A stretch of 63,998 nt of DNA, the filler included, from Pirum gemmata (lineage: Eukaryota), in NCBI GenBank assembly GCA_002812295.1. It is 30 parts of 30 records of this genome, joined end to end, with 100 filler letters (N's around TTAATTAATTAA, not from the genome) between each part and the next. Parts side by side here need not be neighbours in the genome. Positions count along the whole stretch, not along the records: positions 51,246 to 53,220 come from PDIN01009525.1; positions 53,321 to 55,285 come from PDIN01009526.1; positions 55,386 to 57,871 come from PDIN01009527.1; positions 57,972 to 59,936 come from PDIN01009528.1; positions 60,037 to 61,995 come from PDIN01009529.1; positions 62,096 to 63,998 come from PDIN01009575.1; 24 more parts are not named here. One strand, written 5' to 3'. Below, piece by piece: positions 52,740 to 63,998 of the stretch (positions are counted from its first letter, which is position 1; each line of letters opens with the position of its first letter). The position numbers were made by a program, and so were the translations under genes. The notes under the pieces were generated by a model. That model worked only from the letters and a program-made list of their open reading frames with translations, was not told the DNA's origin and did not search any database.

Positions 52740-55510
52740 AATTTGAGTCATTATTTGACTCGAACAATAAAAATAAAAATAAAAAACAAGACAAAGTCTA
52801 ATATATCATTATTATAAAAAACAGTCCAGGCCAGGTGTCAGTCCCATACATCCCATACACACTCCCATACCCTAACCCTAACCTTAACCCTAACCCTAAC
52901 CCTAACCCTAACCCTAACCACTCCTAACCTCTACCCCCTATTAAACTCTAACTCTAACTCTAGCACTAACTCTAATCCTAATCCTAATTCTTAACTCGAG
53001 CTTAAGATTAATGTTCTGAACCCTAACCAGCCTCTGTTATAATCTATTCTTGTTGCTATCATAATATGTATAATACATATATACCCTAACCCTAACCCTA
53101 TATATATATATATATATATATAAATTATCAGCATTACGAATATTATATATTATTGTTATTATCATATTTATTATTATTATTATTATTTTTATTACATTGT
53201 AGAGTTCATGTAATATTAATNNNNNNNNNNNNNNNNNNNNNNNNNNNNNNNNNNNNNNNNNNNNTTAATTAATTAANNNNNNNNNNNNNNNNNNNNNNNN
53301 NNNNNNNNNNNNNNNNNNNNTTAGGGTTAGGGTTAGGGTTAGGGTTAGGTAATATGATAGTATTTGCTAGAAGTGTTCTGAAGAAGTATGCCTAATATTA
53401 TACGTAGACTGGTCTAGCGTTGTGGTCGTTGGTTTGAATGTTGTTGGAGTTTTGGTCTAAGTTATAAATTGGGATTTAGATATCGATTTAATATAATAAC
53501 TTTTAGATATATTATATATATAGGATATATATTAATAACCATTCTATATTAGTTATTTAGTATTAAAAATTATTATTTTAGGGATTATTTTTTATTTATA
53601 ATTATTTATTTATTTTTATTTCATATAATATACTGTAATGATGTGGCAGTAACAGAGTGATAACAAGTTTTAGGTCTCTGTGTAGCTTTGGGGTATATAT
53701 ATATATATATATAATATTAATTATATGATAGGAATTCGAATAGAATTCGTCATGATTGTACCGTTGTTGATTAAAATATCCACTAATATAAATACCCGCT
53801 CGAAAGTTGTAAAAACATATTAAATGTCATGAAAATTTCAAATTCGTCAACAAATTCTTTATGATCTGGCATCAACGTTAACGCTTTAGCATTAATTATC
53901 TCTAACTTCTTCCTGTTCATAACATGTCAAGCACGGTCCGTGTACTATAAAATTTAGTTTTAACTTTTTTGTAAACGATAGAATATTTAAATTTGTCTTT
54001 AGATTTTAATCAATTTTACCGGAACAAATTTAAAGACTCCAGGGTCTTTGACCGCAACCATATTACATGCATCGGAATCATGAATATATAAATAAACAAA
54101 TATTAATAATACATTTTAATGATAATTAAGATATTTGTAATAATGGTATATAATTATCATGAGCCAGTTCATGAGCCCTACTAGCAATATCTAAATACAA
54201 TAACGAGGCTGTACAAATTTAAAAAACCTACATAAAAATATAATATATATATAAGCTTATTTTAAGCTTAATAAGCCATTGACGGGTACCATATGCATTG
54301 AAAATCAGTTGAAAATGCCATGTCCCTCTCATGGTTTTTCACAGTTTTGTTCGTATGATAGTTTTTATCTCTCAGTGCAGCGATTTGAGGCCAAAGTTTT
54401 TCTTTTTTCCGCTTTGTATTCACTCTTAAATAAAAATTCGTTTTAAAACCTGCATTTCTTTTTCTATTTTCTTTCTTCTCTTTTTCAACTTTAAATGTAA
54501 ACGACCCTCTACAGAGTGTGTGAAATATTTTGCAAATTTCCATAGCGCAAGTGCTACCTATACTTTTGCTCCCGATAGTACTAGTGGTTACTATGATAGC
54601 TGAAATTTGAACGGTGAGCCTCTTTTTATCTCTTGGATATGCAATTGGACGTTTTAACCGTCACACTACCGCCACGTCTATGGATTTTGTTCGACACTTA
54701 ACTGTTGTAGAAAGTAAATCACGTCGGGGGTTCCTCTTACCCATTGCCAGGTTTTAGAATGATAGGGTGTTCTTTTCTGATTCCATGTTATCAACTGAAA
54801 CTTGTATATTTCGTGGCGTAGAGTTCATATTGTACTTTTTATTTATTTTGCCTCTCACAATATTAATACTTATTTGGTGGATTATAACCTTAAATTGACA
54901 TTTTTAAATGAATCAATAGATAAAATATATATACCAAATTAAATGAAATGGATTTATATTGGGTTAATTTGGTACTAATTATTGTATATGATTTTATATA
55001 AGAAAAACAACAGTTCCTGAAAAGCACGTGACCGCTTCCAAACAACTCTGCTAACGGTATCATACTAAGTAGACTAGCTAGCTAGCTAGTATACGGAGAT
55101 AGTACTCTATAGAATCTATAGAGGATCTCAAAAGAATCTCAAGATTCTCACACTGGAAGCTACACTGGAGCAGTACTTATTATTATTATTTTAGTAGTAT
55201 TATTATTTATTATTATTATATATTATTATTATTATTATTATTTTGTTTTATTGTTATTTATTATTATTATTATACATTATTATTANNNNNNNNNNNNNNN
55301 NNNNNNNNNNNNNNNNNNNNNNNNNNNNNTTAATTAATTAANNNNNNNNNNNNNNNNNNNNNNNNNNNNNNNNNNNNNNNNNNNNAACACCAGAGAAACA
55401 ACAAAAAAACAACAAACAGCAAACAAACAACAAACAAACAACAAACAAACAACAAACAAACAACAAACAAACAACAAACAAACAACACGCAACACACACA
55501 CAATTATTAC

Positions 55511-55862
55511 CATACAACTTGCTTGTTCACTTTGTTGTGCTTCTAATAAAATTTTTCTTTCTTGTTCTTGTCGAATTTTAATTGCAGTAAGCTCTTGTTC
55601 ATCAATAACACCTCTTAATTCATTTTCGTGATTAGCTTTTTGACTTTTCAAAGCATTATTATGCCTCTCAATCAATATTTTCATAATCTTTTTCATTTTC
55701 GCAATATCCACCTCACTTACATTCGCTTCTACAGCATTTGTATTCGCATCTCGAGTATTTAGATTCGAATCTAAAGCTGGAGATGAAGAGGGGAAAACCC
55801 CAGTAATAAAAACATCATCCTCCATGTTATTATTATAATTATTATTATTATTATTATTATTN

Positions 55863-55893
<31 letters not shown>

Positions 55894-57871
55894 GTATTAG
55901 TATTATTATCATTATTATCATCACTATTTATTATTCTTCCGTTTGCTTCGTTCATTTCATCCAAGAATTCATTTAAAGAGACACTAAGAGCAGTTACTTT
56001 TTTTGTAACACTCTCACGCCACATAGTAATCGTAATGGGTACAGTATTTTCATTATTGTTATCATCACGATTAAAATAATTACTATTGTTTTCATTATCG
56101 TTATCACTATCATCATCACCACTAAAACTGGGCATATCAGCATTAAAGTTAGACTGGTTTGCACTCTTGTCTAACCCCGTTTCTAGCCTGTTTTCTAAAG
56201 GTGTTACCCCGTTTCCCACACCGAATGAACGTACTGGTGAACCTAAAGGTAGTGGCCCATCTCCTGCATCCAACGGGCGAGAAGGTGAATCCAAAGGTGG
56301 AGGTCCGTCTTCAGTATCAAAATAATGGGGTGTGTTTAAAGGTGGTTGCCCGTCCCCCCCCTCCTCGATAGCTCGCGTCGGTGCATCTAAAGGCGGTGGC
56401 CCCTCTTCACTATCAAAAGCATGTGGCATGTCTAAGGGTGATTTCCCACTCCCTTCCTCAAAACCACGTGATTCTCCCCCTTCTGTATCGAGAGGACGCA
56501 CTGGTGAATTTAACGGGGGTGGCCCGGCTTCTCCATCGAAACCGTCCGTTGGTAAAGCAAAACCTGTAGGCCCTTCTCCTGGATTGAAAGGGCGAGAAGG
56601 TGAATCTAAAGTTGGTGGACCTTCTTCATCAAACGGGCGACCTGGTGGACGCAAAGGTGGTGGCCCTTCTTCTGCATCAAAAGCACGAGCCGGTGGATCC
56701 AAAGGTGGTGGTCCTTCTTCGGCATCAAAAGCACGAGCTGGTGGATCCAAAGGAGGTGGACCTTGTTCCTCATCAAAGGCACGAGCTGGTGGATCCAAAG
56801 GTGGTGGTCCTTGTTCTTCATCAAAAGCACGAGCTGGTGGATCCAAAGGTGGTGGTCCTTCTTCTTCATCAAAAGCACGAGCTGGTGGATCCAAAGGAGG
56901 TGGGCCTTCTTCGTCATCAAAAGCACGAGCTGGTGGATCCAAAGGCGGTGGACCTTCTTCTGCATCAAAAGCACCAGCTGGTGGATTCAAAGGAGGTGGT
57001 CCTTCTTCATCATCAAAAGCACGAGCTGGTGGATCCAAAGGTGGTCCTTCTCCGGCATCAAAAGCGCGAGCTGGTGGATCCAAAGATGGTGGCCCGTCTC
57101 CCTCCGCACGTGATGTCTCTCGCTCGAGAGAACCCATCGATGTGTCCAAAGGTACCTGCCCTTCTCTTCCCTTGAGAGGTGCTGATCCGTCTCCACCCCC
57201 TACTAGAGGACATGTTGAAGCATCTAAAGGCGGTGGACTCTCTGCTATATCGAGGGCTGCTGACCCATCTCCTCCTCCTAGAGGACGCGTTGGAGAACCT
57301 AAAGGCGGTGGATCCTCTGTTGTATTAATAGGACACGTCGCTTCATCCAAAGGTGGTGGCCCGTCTTCCCCTGTAGGTAAATTTAAAGGTACCCTCCCCC
57401 CTCCCTCATCAAGAGGGCGGCTTGGACCGTTTTCTGTTGGTAAAGATAAAGGTCGTGGATTCTCTCGCGTTGGTACAGGGGCAACAGTTTGTGCATTGGT
57501 ACTTTCTGTTATATTTGATGTTACTGTTGTTAAATCAGAGTTATTACTACTGCTGTTATTATTTTGATCTTGTTGATCTCTATTTTGAGTTTGTGTGTCG
57601 TTATCATTTGTTTCTAATTGTGCTTCACTTGTTGCTGGTAATGGCTGGGTGATCGTTGTACTAGTTGTTGTACTAGTTGGCGCAGCACTACCTGTAGTTG
57701 GGAGTGTTCCCCAATTACTAACTGCAGCTGAACTAGGACGCCTTACCACGGTAGTGGTGGCTGTAGTGGCTGTGGTGGATTCGGTGGCTGTGCTGGCTGT
57801 ACTGGCTGTGCTGGCGGTGGTGGCTGTGCTGGCGGTGGTGGCGGTGGTGGCGGTGGTGGCGGTGGTGGCGG
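55511..57871 (-). CDS. Large exon: Thr-rich region, acidic Pro-rich 16-aa tandem repeats, then coiled coil (frame broken at the n at 55862)
   Basis: 630-aa ORF with (PPPLDPPARAFDEEEG)n whose variation is mostly at third codon positions. Continues as MEDDVF...ILLEAQQSEQASCM then a GT donor (approximate). Confidence 0.75.
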
Positions 57872-57971
57872 NNNNNNNNNNNNNNNNNNNNNNNNNNNNN
57901 NNNNNNNNNNNNNNNTTAATTAATTAANNNNNNNNNNNNNNNNNNNNNNNNNNNNNNNNNNNNNNNNNNNN

Positions 57972-58005
<34 letters not shown>

Positions 58006-58082
58006 CAATAGTAATGATGATAATAGTAATAACAACAACAATAATAGTAATAATAATAATAATAAAACTTATATCAACTTAC

Positions 58083-58346
58083 CCCAGCATATTCTGATAA
58101 ATTGGCTATTGATTGTATGGTTTTTGCAACCAAGGCAAAATTTCGTTTTGTTTTTTCTCCGGGTATACCCTCCATTAACCAAAATAATTGGGGGTTAAAG
58201 ATGGCGGCACAAAAGAAACGAAGAAAAAGGAAAGCCGTCACTCCAATATATTTAGGAGGATCATCGTCAGTAGCCCCTAGTCTACTAGTAGCATCAACGA
58301 CTTCCTCTCTTAGATCTTTTAAAACTCCCCTGATTTCAAGAGGAAT
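58083..58346 (-). CDS. RasGAP domain exon
   Basis: TTAG|IPLEIRGVLKDLRE...IGVTAFLFLRFFCAAIFNPQLFWL...KTKRNFALVAKTIQSIANLSEYAG|GTAAGT. Contains the RasGAP FLR...AI..P and K..Q..AN motifs. Confidence 0.9.
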
Positions 58347-58599
58347 CTAACACAAAGAAAGAAAGTATTAGTGCACCTTAAAAATACACCTGGATGCTAT
58401 TGTTGCTTTGTAAACTTAAAAACAAGGTATCATTTACAACCTATATCAACCTTATCTCTATCACCCTAAATATCTAACTCTAACTCTTAACTCCTAAAAT
58501 CCTGTCCCTATAACCCTAAACCTATAACCTTAACCTTAACCTTCTAACCTTAACCCCATAACTCTGGCCTCACAACACAAGCCCCACAACACTAGCCCT

Positions 58600-59100
58600 A
58601 CACACTAGCCCTACAGCCCTAACCCTATAACCCTATAACCCTATAACCCTATAACCCTATAACCCTATAACCCTATAACCCTATAACCCTATAACCCTAT
58701 AACCCTATAACTCTATAACTCTATAACNAACCCTATAACCCTATAACCCTATAACCCTATAACCCTATAACCCTATAACCCTATAACCCTATAACCCTAT
58801 AACCCTATAACCCTATAACCCTATAACCCCATAACCCTATGACCCTATAACCCTATAACCCTACAACCCTATAACCCTATAACCCTATAACCCTATAACC
58901 CTATAACCTTATAACTTTATAACCCTATAACCCTATAACCCTATTATAACCCTATTATCCTATAACCCTATAACTCTAACCCTAACCCTAACCCTAACCC
59001 TATAACCCTAACCCTATAACCTTAACCCTATAACCTTAGCCCTATAACCCTAACCTTATAACCTAACCCATAACCCTAACACTATAACCCTAGCCTTAAC
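58600..59100. repeat. (CCCTATAA)n octamer telomere-variant array in the RasGAP intron
   Basis: Long run of CCCTATAA grading into CCCTAA. Confidence 0.9.
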
Positions 59101-59138
59101 ATGTATACAGCAAAGAGTAGAGATAGGTAGGTAGATAC

Positions 59139-59221
59139 CTTGTCTGGATGACCAGTTATTTCAATCATAAGCTTATTGACATAGTATATTAAGTTTGCTT
59201 TATAGCCGTCAATATCATCAC
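59139..59221 (-). CDS. RasGAP upstream exon
   Basis: TTTAG|GT-DDIDGYKANLIYYVNKLMIEITGHPDK|GTATCT. Joins 58346 in phase 0. Confidence 0.7.
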
Positions 59222-61761
59222 CTAAAAACAATACATTAATACATATATACCATCATCATTGTTATTATAAACAATAATGACATTTTGCAACAATACACAT
59301 ATTCAACTCACTCACTCAAAGTCGCCAACATATAAGAATGAAAAAAACTCAAGTTTCCCAAACTACTTTTTGTGAGATTAAAATAAAAAAGTTATTACTT
59401 TCGAATATATATATATATATATTATTTAGGTTTGATATGATTGCAACATTTCGAGTCAATGCTCCTAAAAAAGTTTATTATTTATTTTTAGGAGTACATG
59501 GTACTCAAGATTCTAGCATATACATTAATAAGCCATTATATTTGGATTCGAATATAGCACCTCATACATTATTATAAGCTTGAGATGCTTTTCTCAAACT
59601 AATTTTTGTAAGGTTATGAAGAGGCCCTCCAGCAAGAGGCTAATAAGGATGGCATCACTATAATACTGATAAAAAATTCCGCTTAGGAGGTGCTCGTGGA
59701 AAACAGAATTTTTTTTAATTAATTATATTATCTCATTCTTTCCAAATATTTCCAAATATAGCATTATAATTAAAAAATCTTATTTTCTTTGAACTACCTC
59801 ACACATAGAAATATATATATATATATATATATAGTGACGTCATCTGTACTAAGTCTCTTAACTTAGAACCTCTTAACTCTTGATATATTATAACTTTAGG
59901 TTGAGAAATTGTATAAAAACATCATTTTAGTTAATANNNNNNNNNNNNNNNNNNNNNNNNNNNNNNNNNNNNNNNNNNNNTTAATTAATTAANNNNNNNN
60001 NNNNNNNNNNNNNNNNNNNNNNNNNNNNNNNNNNNNTTATAATATAGTAATCACAGATTGTCCTGGCTAGTAGTAATATATAGGTAGTATTATAAATGTA
60101 GTAATGTATCTGAACTTGTGTCTGATACTAGCTATCATAGTAAAATCCACGCAAGAAAATTACAAGAGAAAACTATTCACATTTTTTTCTGAAATTTTTT
60201 TTGGCTATCCTCGGTGAGTTTTTTATTATTATTTATTTATTATATAAAAAACTCAGATTGGGGTCCAACGTACTACCTAAAAATTCAAAATTTTTTTTAA
60301 GAAAAAGTCATACTAGTGAAAGATTTTATTTATTTCGAGAATAAAAACAATTATTTCCTCACAAAAAAAATAAAAAAATCTATTTCGTGACTCGGAAGGC
60401 TTGTCCAATTTATTGTTCCTGATATCTGGTATTGTTGAGCCAATTAAATATATCAAATAAAATTTAAAAATGTTTTAAAAAAAATAAAGACTTTTTATTG
60501 ATAGAAACAAAATAAAATTGCAAAAGTTCGAAATTTTGCAGAAATTAGGTGTCTCAAGTCTAGGTCAGCTGGTCTAGGTGCCTCAGTCCAGAGAAAAATC
60601 CAGTCTAAATTATTAATTTTCATTGGTCAGCTAAATCATCACATTATATGTAGGCCTATCAAGTTCTTATTCTTTTTGAAATTCTTGACGTTGTAGAGTC
60701 AATGTAGAGTCCATTGCAGACTAACTTAGGTAGACTAACTGACAGTAACTGTGTGTGAGTCGTTTATTGTGGTTGGTTCTTGCTTTTGGCTCTTGAGCCA
60801 ATCAGTCTGTTCTTCATTCTATGAACTTCATTCTATGAAAATATTTTCATATTATATATCATAAAGATTGTAGTAAATTATTAGTATATTATTTTAGACT
60901 AATCACCCCGTAATCACATACATCATTACAATAAAATTTAATGCTATTATGTTTATAATAATAAATGAAATTATAAACTACAGTCGTTTGTTATGTACTA
61001 CAGTAATGCTATTATATGTTTATAATAATAAATATAATTATAAACCATAGTCATTTATTATGTACTACATCCAAGAACAAATATTTGTTGACGTTGACGT
61101 TGTAATTATTAGTTGTTGATTTGTGTAGTTGTTGTGTTGTAACGTTAACGTTGTTGTTATTACTAATATCGTTTTAATGTTTTGGTGTTAACAATGTTAA
61201 AACGTTGCTAATCCTGATAGTTCCAGATGTTGTTGGCAGATTGTATATCATAGAACGTATCAGTAAATGTATCATGTTTTCTATTTTAGGACCTTTATTG
61301 TTGGCCAATCGAATAGCGATTCTTCGGTAAAAGCGTTACATTGGAAACAATATTTTATGGCTATTTTTTATTGGTTGATAGCCAGAAATGGCTAGGAAGA
61401 CCTGTGAATCTTTCCAGTGAGTCTGCCAGTGTGAATCTTTCCAGTGAATCTTCCAGTGTGAATCTTCAGTGAATCTTCCAGTGTGAATCTTCTAGTGTAA
61501 TAGTGTAAATCTTATTAGCGTAAATCTCTCTAAATCTCTCTCTGTAAAAGTCTGTAAATCTGCTTTGAAGTGACCTTAATTAAAAAAAGGAGACTTGAAG
61601 CAGATTGAGGCCTAAGGAGCTACTATCTAGTATTATACTATATTACTATATTATACTTTGTTTGTTTTCTTTGTGTAAAAGTCCTTAATTAGAAACGGTC
61701 GGAATAAACAAACAAAAATGTTTTGCTTTGTTTTGCTTTGCTTTGTTTTTGCTTTGCTTTG

Positions 61762-61803
<42 letters not shown>

Positions 61804-62095
61804 GTTTTGTATTGTATTGTTTTCTTTTCTTCTCTTTTCTTTTCTTTTCTTTCTTGTTTTGTGTTGTTTTGTTTTGTGTTGTTTTGTTTTGTGTTGTTTT
61901 GTGTTGTTTTGTTTTGTGTTGTTTTGTTTTGTGTTGTTTTGTTTTGTGTTGTTTTGTTTTTTGTTTTGTTTTGTTTTGTTTTGTTTTGTTTTGTTNNNNN
62001 NNNNNNNNNNNNNNNNNNNNNNNNNNNNNNNNNNNNNNNTTAATTAATTAANNNNNNNNNNNNNNNNNNNNNNNNNNNNNNNNNNNNNNNNNNNN

Positions 62096-62130
<35 letters not shown>

Positions 62131-62290
62131 GTAGAGGGTTGAGCGTGCAAATACTACGTAACCCAATTTCCAGTCAAATACAGCTTCAAATATCCCTACC
62201 TACCTACCCCTCGACGTTAATATCTGGTCAAATACCACCTACCTACCCCTTGACGTGACGTATTATTTGAACGCTCCCTTAGGACAGGGG

Positions 62291-62531
62291 AGGAGGGGTG
62301 ACGCCTATAAGAGTCCTTTTTAAAAGTAAATGGCCCCTTAAATTGGCACTAATTCCGCAACCCAGACATTTACGGCTTCTTAATTAAGTAAACTATAAAC
62401 CAGAAATAAGAAAATAATTTTCTTGTTTTAGAATAGTTTACCTTAAAAGTTACTTTAAAAAAATAAATTTTTTTACTCGCAGCGGAAAAAAAATAATTTC
62501 AGAGTCATGTAGGAGGGGCGTCACCCTTCCT
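62291..62531. mobile_element. MITE with AGGAGGGGTGACGCC TIR, between two family-A copies
   Basis: AGGAGGGGTGACGCC...GGCGTCACCCTTCCT. No clear TSD. Confidence 0.6.
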
Positions 62532-62912
62532 AGGGAGCGTTCAAATACTACGTAACGTCATTTTCCAGTCAAATACAGCTTCAAATACCCCTACCTACCT
62601 ACCCCTCGACGTTAATATCTGGTCAAAATACCACCTACCTACCTACCCCTTGACGTGACGTATTATCACATTTTTCACTTTTCAAGCTTTTCAAATTTTC
62701 TTTTTTTTTTTCGGCTCGAAATAATCCCTCATATGAAAGCTCGATAAAATTCCTTGAAGGAATTTCAAGGCTCGATTTGATATTTCGTTAATAAAGCAGT
62801 AATTAAAATATTGAAGCTCGGTTTAAAATTAAAAAAACCAAATCCTCGTTGACTCGGCTCGCTAATCAAACAATCCCACCTCACACTACTCCCTACTAGC
62901 TAGCTAGCTAGC

Positions 62913-63134
62913 TAGGCCTCTCCCAATTCTGCTCAAACCCGAAAACTCGAATTTCTGCTGTCTAAGAAAGTGAAAATTCAGCTACGCCCGAAAATATTTT
63001 TTTTCGTATTTTTCGAGTTTATTAATAAATAAATATATTTGAATACTTAATTGTAAGCTTAAATATTTAGAACTTATTAATTAATATACAGACTCGAAAT
63101 CTCGATTTTTAAACAGAGCAGAATTGGGAGAAGC
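62913..63134. mobile_element. Family-C-related hAT-like MITE with its right TIR interrupted
   Basis: TAGGCCTCTCCCAATTCTGCTC...GAGCAGAATTGGGAGAAGC. A related sequence lies at ~50330-50550. Confidence 0.65.
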
Positions 63135-63342
63135 AGTAGGGGTGAGATATCTACTTCGAACAGATGCTTATCGAGCAAACCTTAGTTCCGTGTTCTTTAC
63201 TAATAATAGCAGTTAAATAGCTTAAAATAGTAAACTTAATTAAATAGATACCAATTAAAGTAATAATATTAACATTAATAATAATAAACCATAAAATCGG
63301 AAAAGTTCGGTAATAATAAAATGACGTCATGTCACCCCTACT
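63135..63342 (+). mobile_element. MITE family D nested in the TIR of the preceding element
   Basis: TIR AGTAGGGGTGA. Perfect TSD GGAGAAGC at 63127-63134 and 63343-63350. Confidence 0.9.
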
Positions 63343-63941
63343 GGAGAAGCTCACTAGAAGCTCCCACAGTCAATCCCAAATTCCCGAATCACAACCCAGC
63401 TTATCTTTCAAATAAGGAAAAGTTAGTTAATATTTTTTTCCATTATCCCATTGACAGATTCTTTCTATCTCAGACCTATCTGATAGTTTCTGTTGGCCTA
63501 TTGTCTGTTGACTACTATCCTAAAAAGTCCTAAAAAGCTCCTAAAAAGTGTAAACTGTTTAAAAAAAAAAAAACCCACAACCACCAGCACAACCACCCCG
63601 ACGACCAACCCTATGGGCGTGAAAAAACAGAGAAACCCCTGAGAGAAACCCAGCAGAGATTGTCAGAGTCAGAGCCCCTAACCCTAACCCTAACCCTAAC
63701 CCTAACCCTAACCCTATATATGTATGATCAAGAACCCTCAAGAACCCTAATCCTGGGGTTCTTGCTTCCGTATGACAGGTACTGCTAAACTGAAAAAAAC
63801 GAAAGAGTTCAACTTTTCAAGAAAATGGATTTTTGTTTCTTTTCTACAACTTTCCGACAACTTTCCGACAGTAGAACTATATCATATATAGAACTATAGT
63901 AGTTCTACCACTACTAGCTAGCTAGCTAGACTATTAGAGCA

Positions 63942-63998
<57 letters not shown>

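Noticed and set aside
56332..57567. 411-aa plus-strand ORF (SKARAGGSKGGGP repeats)
   Set aside because: Antisense shadow of the repetitive minus-strand exon. It stays open because of the repeat's codon composition.
5404..62051. Many low-complexity ORFs (poly-MV, IT, YG, LC, FCFVL, NP, etc.)
   Set aside because: They are translations of tri-, penta-, hexa- and heptamer microsatellites, or run through N gaps.

Overview
This is not a continuous locus. It is 30 short (~2-3 kb) assembly fragments joined by 29 artificial 100-bp linkers (N44-TTAATTAATTAA-N44), so synteny across linkers means nothing. The source is a very AT-rich, intron-rich eukaryote that uses the standard code. Its introns are filled with microsatellites and TTAGGG-type arrays, and its gene content is compatible with a unicellular holozoan such as an ichthyosporean (inference). 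Most ORFs in the supplied track are translated microsatellites. Reading by hand recovers spliced exons of a CaMK, a DMGDH/GcvT-like protein, Prune/PPX1, a RasGAP, nicotinamidase, a possible Piezo-like protein and a conserved protist TM protein. It also recovers a large LRR-TM receptor exon, an intronless trefoil-GT32 gene and several low-complexity exons. Mobile DNA includes several MITE families (three copies with perfect 8-bp TSDs, plus a hAT-type copy that carries a solo LTR) and a decayed ISL2EU transposase. The most unusual item is in fragment 1: a virus-type Bro-N pseudogene preceded by a ~130-nt, multiply pseudoknotted element whose architecture resembles a TnpB/Fanzor omega-RNA scaffold. 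That identity is unverified.
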